DNA of 64,000 bases, from the NCBI RefSeq assembly GCF_006345805.1, contig NC_043006.1:27466001-27530000 (forward strand), given 5' to 3'. The notes under the pieces are model-generated. The model saw only the letters and a program-made list of their open reading frames with translations, was not told where the DNA came from and ran no database searches. Shown in pieces: positions 26,653-37,699 of this stretch. A program made the position numbers and the translations under genes. Every line of letters starts with the position of its first letter. The stretch's first letter is position 1. This stretch comes from Octopus sinensis. Its lineage: Eukaryota.

Positions 26653-26942
26653 ATATACTGATGACGCTTATTTGGCCACGTGGTTACAGTTCGTGGCTAC
26701 ATTTGTCTTTTATCTCCAGACAGTCAAACTATCTTTTCTAAAATGGCATGTCAATTTGGGGAAATTTTTGGATTCGTGATATTATCTCCTCTTCTCATTT
26801 AGAGTTGGTCGCAATTGCCAGAAGGCATTTTTCAACTCTTCTCTCGGAGGGAAGTTAATTTCAATAAATCATAAATTCATCTAGTAAGGTATTTGAAGGA
26901 TTAGTTCATTTTCTTTCCACGCGCGCGCGCACACACACAGTC

Positions 26943-26973
<31 letters not shown>

Positions 26974-27010
26974 CATACATACATACATACACATACATAC
27001 ATACATACAT

Positions 27011-27042
<32 letters not shown>

Positions 27043-27461
27043 GTGTATATATATATATATATATATAATATTATATATGGATAACATATACACATGTGTG
27101 CATACATGCGTGAGTGTATGTGTGTGTGTGCAGAAAAGCATAAATTTCACAGATAGCTTATTAGTTAATTACTTTTAACACCTGTCTCGTTAGGAGTAAA
27201 CATCTTTACTTCATAATCAAGTAGTTAAGATGTATGATTAATTAACGTAAGTTAATTTAAATTGAATTCATTTAAAGCAATGTTTATCCCAAATCATCAG
27301 GAATATTACAGTTATGCCAATCATAGACAATTGCTAAAAAAACGGAATGCTTTGTGACAATTAGGAACAACGTCAAATGAGAAGTGGGGATAATCTCAAG
27401 AATTTAAAATTATCCAAATGAATTTTCTCTTGAAGAGAAGATACTCTTTTTGTATATGTTT

Positions 27462-27687
27462 CTTTATTACCCACAATGGGCTAAACATAGAGGGGACAAA
27501 CAAGGACAGACAAACGGATTAAGTCGATTACATCGACCTCAGTGCGTAACTAGTACTTAATTTATCGACCCGAAAGGATGAAAGGCAAAGTCGACCTCGG
27601 CGGAATTTGAACTCAGAACGTAACGGCAGACGAAATACGGCTACGCATTTCGCCCGGCGTGCTAACGTTTCTGCCAGCTCGCCGCCC
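27462..27687 (-). mobile_element. Duplicate of SINE 26142-26365
   Basis: Inside the second duplication unit, with the same TSD. Confidence 0.9.
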
Positions 27688-27747
27688 TACTCTTTTTGTA
27701 TATGTTTAACTAACTCGTCTACTGGAGTCATGGTAAGACAACAGCTA

Positions 27748-27974
27748 GGCGAGCTGGCAGAACCGTTAGCACGCCGGGCGAAATGCGTAGCCGTATTTCG
27801 TCTGCCTTTACGTTCTGAGTTCAAATTCCGCCGAGGTCGACTTTGCCTTTCATCCTTTCGGGGTCGATGAATTAAGTACCAGTTACGCACTGAGGTCGAT
27901 GTAATCGACTTAATCCCTTTGTCTGTCTTTGTTTGTCCCCTCTGTGTTTAGCCCCTTGTGGGTAATAAAGAAAT
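27748..27974 (+). mobile_element. Duplicate of SINE 26426-26652
   Basis: Inside the second duplication unit. Confidence 0.9.
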
Positions 27975-28264
27975 ATATACTGATGACGCTTATTTGGCCA
28001 CGTGGTTACAGTTCGTGGCTACATTTGTCTTTTATCTCCAGACAGTCAAACTATCTTTTCTAAAATGGCATGTCAATTTGGGGAAATTTTTGGATTCGTG
28101 ATATTATCTCCTCTTCTCATTTAGAGTTGGTCGCAATTGCCAGAAGGCATTTTTCAACTCTTCTCTCGGAGGGAAGTTAATTTCAATAAATCATAAATTC
28201 ATCTAGTAAGGTATTTGAAGGATTAGTTCATTTTCTTTCCACGCGCGCGCGCGCACACACAGTC

Positions 28265-28297
<33 letters not shown>

Positions 28298-28312
28298 CAT
28301 ACATACATACAT

Positions 28313-28932
28313 TAGTATGGCTGCCCCCTCGTTATCGAGTACGGCCATTGCACGAAGCTTAACTGTTACTGGTGCTGTGATCGAATGTGACTTTTTAGCC
28401 CAGCTAAAGATCTACAGAATTGGCAACTAAAACCTTTACTGGTAATAGCCGGCTGTAGTTGTAACTGGGCTTCATGTACCTTTGCATGTCGTTTAAGTCC
28501 TCCTGCCGAATTACACTCTCTTCCACATGCCCGACAGATATGATTAGTATGGTGTGTTACGCCACCACCAGTGGCCAGGTTGTCACTCATCTGTCTCGTT
28601 TTATGACTACGAAGATGACTCATGAGTCCAGCTTTACTGAGGCAGGGTCTTGCACAGACATTGCATGTCAGAATCAAAGGAAGACCCTTCCCTTCTGGAA
28701 GTGTAACAGCGATGCCCTTCCAGACATCCCACCTTACTTTCTCATGTGCAACTCGAGATTTCTTAAAAGTGGCTGTCCCCTCGTGCACAATCCTTCTCCA
28801 CCTGCCACGATCAATAGCTATGCCTTACCGTGTGTCAGGAGAGATGCAAGCATCTCTTAAGGAAGCCTCCAGCAAGTCCTTATACCTCTTTTTTGGTTTA
28901 TGTGGAGGTCGTTCTCCTTTAGCTAACTCTCC
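28313..28932 (-). mobile_element. RTE/BovB-like LINE 3' end with three C2H2 zinc-finger motifs and an (ATGT)n tail
   Basis: YGELAKGERPPHKPKKRYKD; CNVCARPCLSKAGLMSHLRSH; CRACGRECNSAGGLKRHAKVH; [18 protein letters not shown]. Confidence 0.85.
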
Positions 28933-29010
28933 ATACATACATACATACATACATACATACATACATACATACATACATACATACATACATACATACATAC
29001 ATACATACAT

Positions 29011-29197
29011 TAGTATGGCTGCCCCCTCGTTATCGAGTATGGCCATTGCACGAAGTTTAACTGTTACTGGTGCTGTGATCGAATGTGACTTTTTAGCCCA
29101 GCTAAAGATCTACAATGTCTTGTACAGAATTGGCAACTAATACCTTTACCGGTAATAGCCGGTTGCAGTTGTAACTGGGCTTCACGTACCTTTGCTT
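29011..29197 (-). mobile_element. Second, shorter 3' copy of the same RTE family
   Basis: [23 protein letters not shown] and the same 3' UTR; flanked by (ACAT)n on both sides. Confidence 0.85.
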
Positions 29198-29453
29198 CAT
29201 ACATACATACATACATACATACATACATACATACATACATACATACATACATACATACATACATACATAGTTTTATTGAAACTGAAGCTTCACATATTCT
29301 TCAATCATCTGTCAGTATTCTGGCAGATGATTGGTTACGCGAAACTTTGAGTAACAGTTGGTGAAGTTTTTGAATTTCAACAGAACACTATACTCTATAT
29401 GAATGTTGTTTTCTCAACCCCAATTTGCACCTATGTACTCACGTGTGTGTGAT

Positions 29454-29503
<50 letters not shown>

Positions 29504-29649
29504 GTGTGTGTGTGTGTGTGGTGTGTGTGTGTGTTCGTGCGTGCGTGCATACATACACACTGTGAACCCTCGTTAAACTGTACTAATAACGGGAAGGTCA
29601 TTCGTTTTAATTGATAGTCCGAGTTAAGAGCAATAGTAGGGATTAATAA

Positions 29650-29810
29650 TTTTTTTCTCTCTTACCATTTTCCCCCTCATCTCTTTCTTTCGAAGAGCGT
29701 AGGCTCGAAACGTCAAAGACTTTCTTATTTTTCCCGAGCGTCAAACTAATACACCTTGCTTGTCGATCCTTCACCCGTCTCTGTCTTTTTTGTTTTTTTT
29801 GTACATTTGA
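29650..29810 (+). mobile_element. PLE pLTR-like fragment with minimal hammerhead-like motif
   Basis: tctttctttcgaagagcgtaggctcgaaacgtcaaagac; related to 10530-10705. Confidence 0.5.
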
Positions 29811-30382
29811 ACCACATACACGCGCGCACATACACGCACGCACACACATACACACAGACACACGCACACACAGACACAGATACACACATATACATCTACA
29901 TATTACCGGAATGAATCTATGGAAGCCTGCAAGCGCAACATTTTCGACATCCAGAAATTAAGATCCTGCATTCACCCAATCTTACACGGACTCTTGTGCA
30001 TACAGACTCCCGTGAACTTTTTCTTAGCATGCACCTGTTCTTTCTTGCAACACTCCTTATATTCAAGTTTGCCATTCAACAGTACCTTCTTTTGTTTACA
30101 CTATTTTGTACTCTTATGTTTCCTGTCCTGCAAACTTTTCATTCTTTAAATGTTAGCACGTTCATAAACTAGCAACTCGATTTTGTCAAAATGAATGCCG
30201 CGAAAACGAATAATTTATTCCACGAAGGCGATTAATTCACGTGCCTATGTTTTTATAATGTTCCTTTGTCACAGGCCACTTGCATTGCATATCATTTCAT
30301 GCACTCGTATCGTTCGCTGTCCTTATTTTCTGTTGGATGCTTAGTTTTTCACCGGTTGATTAATCTTTGCACTATTGTATCT

Positions 30383-30788
30383 CTCTTTACTCTTTTACTT
30401 GTTTCAGTCATTTGACTGCGGCCATGCTGGAGCACCGCCTTTAGTCGAGCAAATCGACCCCGGAACTTATTCTTTGTAAGCCTAGTACTTATTCTATCGG
30501 TCTCTTTTGCCGAACCGCTAAGTGACGGGGACGTAAACACACCAGCATCGGTTGTCAAGCAATGCTAGGGAGACAAACACAGACACACAAACACACACAC
30601 ACATACATACATATATATATATACATATATACGACAGGCTTCTTTCAGTTTCCGTCTACCAAATCCACTCACAAGGCATCGGTCGGCCCGAGGCTATAGT
30701 AGAAGACACTTGCCCAAGGTGCCACGCAGTGGGACTGAACCCGGAACCATGTGGTTGGTTAGCAAGCTACTTACCACACAGCCACTCC
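30383..30788 (-). mobile_element. Octopus tRNA-derived SINE, near full length
   Basis: Reverse complement of the 10949-11305 family. Confidence 0.9.
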
Positions 30789-30899
30789 GGTTTTGGGTTT
30801 GTTTGTTTTTTTAGAAAAATAACGTTCACACATGCATGCACGTCTACATCCAGCTACACACATGTGACCCAATACTGTACCTTTATTGACTTATTTTCA

Positions 30900-31330
30900 A
30901 TGTCTGTGCCTACTCAGCTCTGTCCCGACTCAGCGCTTGTCGGATGTCTGACTACGTTCCCTGTGCTCTTGCTTCCAGACGCACCTTACCTCCATACGAC
31001 CCCAGGTCGATCCCGGCGTCTCTAGAGAAAGTTTGCCAGTCTTAACGCATCAGCATGTCATACTTTGTCGTCTTGTTTACTCACAACAAATGTACGCGAC
31101 CACAACGCCAGACACACTTAGCCTCTGAACTTCTTTTATGGCACTTACTACAGCATGTACATTTCTGCCAGAAATCTTCCAGTTATATCATAGATTGAAA
31201 ATGCACTCCTTTGTCTCAGCTCCTTTCGCTGAAAGTCCTCAGCTGAAGGTCCTTGGCATCACATCTACCTGCAACTTCACACTTCGAAATCACAATTTTT
31301 AACGTTCTTCAGTTTTCGCACACTGCACAT
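30900..31330 (+). mobile_element. Old CR1/L2-like RT fragment
   Basis: Weak motifs LNASACHTL and LKVLGIT..NFTLRNH. Confidence 0.35.
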
Positions 31331-32034
31331 TCCTGCAAGTTCTATTATTGATCTTTTGCCTTCGGCAAATTCTCTAGGAGGAGTGTGATGTAGTGGATAG
31401 TTACCAACATTCTAAGCAAGGATTCGAAACCGAATCCAAATTTTCCTACAAGTCCTCGGTCTATTGTTCTTGCCTGATACGCTAGGAAGTCTATGAGAAT
31501 AAGCTGACTTCTTAGACCTTTTCAAGTCATTCAAGCGTCAGAACTGATGCAGAGGAAAAATCCTTCGTTTATCTTGACCTAGTTTGGTTTGAAACCATAT
31601 AAATAAGCAACATCAAGTTAATTCTTCCTCATTGGTTATTTGGCGCCTACCTGAAGAACGCATTTCTCTTGCCAAATTCAAGCATGGCTTGACTTGCACG
31701 ACAACACAATCCTTACTCTTTCTTCAGAGAGGAAGTTAACTACCGTACACAATGGACCATGGATCTAAAGACAGTTTGCTTACTGCAACAACAAACAAGC
31801 TGTGTACACAAACAACTCGAAACAAGTCATTTTATATATTCTAAATAATTATAATAATCATCGCGACACATGATCATTATAATTTGTGACCTCCGATGTT
31901 TATAAACTACTAAAATTGGATCTTACACACTGCCGTTACACTTAAACGTTACACACATATGCACGCGCGCGTGCACTTATATATGAATTTTGCAGAAATA
32001 AGTTATGATTATGCGAATGAAATTATTGTTTTTA

Positions 32035-32381
32035 ACAATTGCAGCGTGGAAGGTGTTTATAAGCCATTTAAGAAACACACAAAACCGTTAGATTCACTTC
32101 AACATTTAAATTTAATTTGTCAAAATATTTTCGTCGCTTTGAGACCGCGACCTGTTCACTGACAAAATTCCCGATGAGATGCAGCACGGAATTTTGTCAG
32201 TGAACAGGTCGCAGTCTCAAAGCGACGAAAATATTTTGACAAATTAAATTTAAATGTTGAAGTGAATCTAACGGTTTTGTGTGTTTCTTAAATGGCTTAC
32301 AAACACCTTCCACGCTGCAATTGTTTTCGTTCCAGCACACGATCTCAGATCAAGTCACTCGCTATGCAAGTGCATCTCCGT
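32035..32381 (+). mobile_element. PLE-type insertion with 5' inversion giving a 138-bp fold-back
   Basis: Arms 32034-32171 and 32188-32325 with 2 mismatches and a 16-nt spacer; 14-bp direct repeat aattattgttttta at 32021-32034 and 32382-32395. Confidence 0.8.
32193..32243 (+). ncRNA. Minimal type I hammerhead-like motif with G3:C8 core swap (mirror copy on the minus strand at 32116-32166)
   Basis: UUUGUCA-GUGAACA-G-GUCGC(9-nt loop)GCGAC-GAAA-AUAU-U-U-UGACAAA; 7-bp stem I, 5-bp stem II, palindromic AAUAUU stem III. Confidence 0.65.
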
Positions 32382-32704
32382 AATTATTGTTTTTAGTTAT
32401 TGATATTTTATTCGAATACAAAAGAAATTAATATCTTTTTAACCGTTCAATAACTTGTTCATGTTCGATGCACAAGATGATGACGTCAGGTAAGAGAAAC
32501 AGAGGATATCACAGGATATTGTTTAGAATACTTTCGATTGATGTTAATGTAGGTTAAACATAAATTCGGAAATTTGTTTTAAACATGCTTTCCACTTTCA
32601 TATTCATAATGAATAGTAACAATCGGGATAATATATTTATTTTACGTTGTGCCAGAAGTTACTGGAAGGTTTAAAAAGTTCTTTCTGTTTAGCTTAGGTT
32701 TAGA

Positions 32705-32975
32705 TCTGTCATAAGCCCTAGGACTCATAAGGCTGGAGCTTAACCCGGTTTCTATGGGGTATAAGTGACTGAGATTACAACACCACCACCCCTGAACAGG
32801 ATGCCGCCAGTCCGTCGTGGGGTTAATTTTCCGGCTATTATTAGAACTCGTTTACATCTTAGTGGATTGGAGCAGCATGAAATTGAATATTTTGCTCAAA
32901 AACACAACCCACCGCTCAGTGTGGGAATCGAAACCACGGTCTTTAGTGCAACACCCAAACAAATAGGCCTCGCGC
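32705..32975 (-). mobile_element. Decayed tRNA-derived SINE
   Basis: Minus-strand B-box-like ggtttcgattccc near 32930 followed by a typical SINE body. Confidence 0.5.
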
Positions 32976-33168
32976 TTTTACTTTCTGATAAAAAAAAAAA
33001 AAATATAAGCTTTCCTTAACATAATAGTAATTTATACATTCAAAGATTCTGCAAAATTTCATTGGAAAAGTATATACATTATTAACAAAGTTATAAGGAT
33101 ATAAAAGTCAAGGTAGAAGAGTTTAACGATTGCATTTGACAAATAGATAACAGAAGAATATATAATTA

Positions 33169-33526
33169 CTAGCACTATGACCCAGCAACGCCGGGTCATA
33201 GTGCTAGTGCATGCCTATACAGTTGCGTGCGTGCGCACATACACGCGAGTACTGTCCAAATCTCCGACCAATCACATACAGCTAGCTGGCATTCAACTGA
33301 CGTATCAAGTTTCGGGCATTTTTATTGGGTTTTGGATAGAAAATTCACTTCTATTGATATTTTTAATGGCTTTGCGGGGTGACTGGGGAAATGTAAAGAT
33401 GTGCACGACCACTCTTGGACGGTTTTGAATGACCATAGAAAGTGCGAGCCCTCTAACTGAAAAATTGTGGATTTGTATAAAGGACACACACACAGACAGA
33501 CATTTTGCTGTTTATGTATAGAGAGA
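33169..33526 (-). mobile_element. Non-autonomous Helitron
   Basis: 5' A|TCTCTCTATACATAAACAGC, subterminal hairpin and CTAG|T 3' end; no TSD. Confidence 0.8.
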
Positions 33527-35490
33527 TATGAAATGGCCTTGTAACGGACAGATGTAAGTGTACATCGAAGTTACTAAATGTAGTGGTAAGATACGAAGGG
33601 TCACCACATGTAGATAGTTGAAGGCAGGATGAAACAGCGTAATAATAACATCGATGAGGAAAGGAATAATATATTTATTTGCCGGCAGTGGTTAGTAAAA
33701 TATACATAGTAGCAACTGACAATAGTGATGAATTGTTGGTGGCTCGCTGGTAGATGGTAGTGTGTAAGTTGTGTAGTCTGCTGACAGAGAGGAAGAAAGG
33801 GTAAGGGTTACGTTGTCCCTTTCCATTTGGGCAATGCTATTGCTCCTGGTTAACGGCTGACACGAATAGAGATGTGTACTCTCTATTAGCTGGTCGAACC
33901 GAAGAGAGACAGAGACAGAGAGATGCTCTCAGTTATATAGGGTATAGCCAGGAAATAGGTCAAACCTAAAACAATGGACTGACCCTTCACTCACCAGCAA
34001 AGGTCCTTAGGAGGTAGGGTGTTTCTCATTAATCTCCTAGCATGGAGATAAAACACAATGGAATCAGACATTCATCGGACAAGTAACAAGTGTGTGGATT
34101 CGGTTTCGGATCTTAGGCAAGGCTAAGCGATCTCCAGCACCCCTTTATTATTTTATAATTGTAGTTGTACACAGATTTTTTTTGCCGCTCTGTTATCCAG
34201 TCCGTAGACAGCAAAAGTCATCTTTGGGTGACTGCTAGAAGACGTGGAAAAAAGGAGAGAGATAGAGAGAGTAAGATAGTCTAGACAAGTAGAGAGGGTA
34301 AGGGCTGTGTAATACTTCGCATAAGGTATTTTTCCGTCGGTGCCGAAAGAAAGAAGGAAGAACTGAATTTAGTTACTGTATTTATATATGTTGGAAAGCT
34401 GGATGTAAGTCAGAGAACAAAGGAAAGTAATGGGTTTATCTCTCTCAAGATATATTTAACCCAAGAATGGTGACTTAAACAACAGAACTTAATTGTCACA
34501 GTTGACTCTCAAAAATTTCTAAGTGCGAAAACCGAGAACAATGGGAAGAGAACTCGTAAAAAATGTAGATTCGATTTTGAATCCTGGCTTACGTAGGATC
34601 TAGAAAGTTATTCGTTAATAGTTTACTACAAATCCTTGGGAAATGCGCTAGTGATTAAATGCAAAAAATTACTCTGCTAACGAAAAACTTATTTGGAAAG
34701 CATTTAAGGAAATTCTATATTACAAGAAATATTAACTATTGCCGAGCTTTTTCAGCTACAGCCAACTACTCTATCATTTCCTCCTCTCATCTTTTTCTCT
34801 CTCACTGTGTATGAATATAACGTTTCTTTATTCATTACCTGACACCAAGTCTAACCTCTTACGCTAAATTTCTATGTATCTTTCTTTTATTCTCTCTCTC
34901 TACGCGATGTCAAGCGTGACTGGAGAATCAACCAACCAACCAACCAACCAGCATTTATATTGACTATTATTATATAAAGATATTTTATAAAAGTTATTTA
35001 AAATTATAGCATGCAAAATTACAGTACGCAAAATTTAACAAGTTAATTCTATTGCTAATTTCGTTTATCTGAGATATATGACAGACGTGGTCAGTGTAGT
35101 TGATGTAGGTATAGTTGTAGTGGTGACAATGTGTCATTATGAGTCAGTAGAACTATTGATTCTCCTCTTGTCTTTGCTTCCCACTCATAGCCATCTGAGG
35201 TGACTGAAGAGGGACTGAAAGAATCAACGAAAGGAAGTAGGAATCATCAACATCAGCAAGATAGGAACAAATTGGCTATAGAATTAGTTAAGTTTACCTT
35301 ACTGATGCTGCTTCCAGATAATGGTTCCCTTATGGCAAATTATGTTGATAAAATCGCTGGATATTAGTTTCTGTCGAAAAGTCAATGCATAAAATGACAT
35401 TACCAAGGGATTTTCGTTAACTGTTTAGGCTTCTGGGCAATGGTTCATCGTTTCCATCATCTTCCCTATCTCTGTGCTGTCGCTGATGAT

Positions 35491-35822
35491 CCTAACCCTA
35501 AAACCCTAACCTTGACCCTAAAACCTTAAAACCAGTACAAACGCACAAACGATGTCATAACTAATAGTGACAAACGAAAAATACACCGCCGATAGTTGTT
35601 GTTGACAAACAACGGCAGTAATTTTATTCAGCTGAATACACGTCATTGATTGGTTGAAATTACCGAAATACGAGAACTTTAATGTGAAATAACTTCGTAA
35701 ATATAAGTTTTTCTCAAAAATGCTAGGAATAAAAGATATTTTATATGACACATTCTTCCAGTGTCCGAAGTTTGGAAGTGTTTAGTTACAAAAAATTATT
35801 TTTTTAAATCTGTAGGTCTAAA
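35491..35822 (+). repeat. Interspersed repeat with CCCTAA-like motifs; one arm of the fold-back family at 43718-44350
   Basis: Strong similarity to 44055-44350. Confidence 0.8.
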
Positions 35823-36369
35823 GGTAAAGATCCCCTATTTTTTAAAATTATGGCTGATTTTTATCTTTTTAAGATATTTCTTCATTTGTAATCTGTGTAT
35901 ATGTGTCAAGCGCTATAGTTTATTTAGGAAACAGGAAATATAATATGATATTCATATCTTGTTGGAAATCAAATTGCTCCAACTTGAACGTGAAACCAGA
36001 TGAATTTACCCACTTCTTTTCAGATGCAACTCTTTTTTTTTGTTGTTTTTCACTTTCTCTTCCGATGCCTGTGTTTGTTTCTTCTTTCACTCCAAACTTT
36101 CTATGTATGTCTTTATTTCTTTTTCGTGTTATGTCGGCTTATAAGAGAAACTCGAACTATATCTGTGGTGATACAGTTTTTAAATTTCTAGTGCTATGTA
36201 CTGTTTTTGACATATTCATAAAGAATTCAAAGTATAGTGTAAGTATTTCCTTTTTCTTTTGCTTTGCTCTTCGTTTTTTTTTTTTGGGGGGGGGGGTTGC
36301 ACAGCTATAAATCGATTTATTTACGTCTTGAAAATATGTCTTCTGGTGCACTACTACGACGATAACGGC

Positions 36370-37050
36370 CGACAGGATGCGTCAGATTGATTCCACTCAT
36401 TTTGCCGACTTATCTTGAACCTGCCAGGTACCCGTCGAAAACATACAACAACATACCACCCCATATCTTACGGAATGATAGAACATTTTTATCGACAACT
36501 CAAACCAGCTTTATGACACGTTCCGATTCGGATAGATGGTAAGAAGCCCTACGAATGTGTTACTAGGTCTACGTACTGCTGTTAAGGAAGACCGAGGTTA
36601 CACCCCGGCAGAATTACTGTATGGTTCGGTACTTACACTGTCTAGTCAAATGATATTGGCAACAGCTATTGAACAACATGATCCTACCAACTATATTCAT
36701 CCGCTGTGAAAGTACATGGTAATGTTACCTGCGTTAATAAAGAGAGACCGCAATCGATTAACTTTTGTTCCACCCAATACGTAGGTCCACCTGGACCTAC
36801 GAATTTGTACGCAACGATGCAGGGAAGTACCCTTGCAGGCACTTTATTCCGGCCCGTACCGTGTGTTAAAAGCTAAACCAAAATGTATATCGTTCTGAAC
36901 ATTCACAGGAGACAAGAGACTGTCGGTGTTGATCGATTTAAGCAGGCCTTTGTTGAATCTATTCCCTTACCACAACACTCTCCTTCCTCTTTTGCCAGAC
37001 CCAAACAATCCACACATAAACATAAGGCATTAGCCAACAACATTGCATTT
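36370..37050 (+). mobile_element. Ty3/Gypsy integrase C-terminal remnant
   Basis: TTYHP.SYGMIEHFYRQLKPAL, VLLGLRTAVKEDRGYTPAELLYG; many stops. Confidence 0.75.
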
Positions 37051-37502
37051 CATACTGACTGGGCAAACAAAAGTGGAAGAAGACTTCATTGCCCGGCTAG
37101 GTACACTCGCACTTTTTTTTTATAACAAACACAAAAGCACACATAAAAAATGTTTCCTTTTTTATAATTCTTCAGAAAAAGGGAAAAGAATGGCAGACTT
37201 GTGCATTTTCTATGAACTTTTCATTGTTTCATGACATATTTTCCAAATTTTCAGACAGACAGACAGGTACGTAGGTAGGTTCTCCTTCAATACTGTCACT
37301 GTGGATTATTACATCTCAAGAATCAAATATTTCAGAAAAATATACAATTACATCATACAATCTTCAAAATAATAGTGGAATATATATCAATCGAAGTGTA
37401 CAGTATTATATATCCATTATGACCGATTTTACCCATTAGTTTCGCACTATGTATGTATGTATGTATGTATGTATGTATGTATGTATGTATTTATATATAT
37501 AT

Positions 37503-37544
<42 letters not shown>

Positions 37545-37699
37545 ATATATACACCCACACCCCTCCTTCACCGTTCTCTCTTTCGTTGCTCACACGTGAC
37601 CATTGTCCATTTTTTTTCCTGCACGGACGTTCAAAAGAGCGAACGTATTTTTATTTCTCTCTTCTATCTTTTCTCTTTTCAAAAAAAAAAAAATGGTTC

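Larger units (their letters stand above)
25630..28265 (+). repeat. Tandem duplication, unit about 1.32 kb
   Basis: 25690-26945 repeats at offset 1320-1322; differences seen are a 2-nt indel (ctaaacagag vs ctaaacatagag) and simple-repeat lengths; boundaries lie in (ACAT)n. Confidence 0.92.

Noticed and set aside
35120-35490. Protein-like minus-strand reading (DFSTETNIQRFYQHNLP; SDGYEWEAKTRGES) with possible splice sites
   Set aside because: In-frame stops and no recognisable homology; the YEWE likeness to the 43-kb block is too short to support paralogy
35491-35530. CCCTAA telomere-like motifs
   Set aside because: Imperfect, few, and part of an interspersed repeat also found at 44055-44090; not an interstitial telomere
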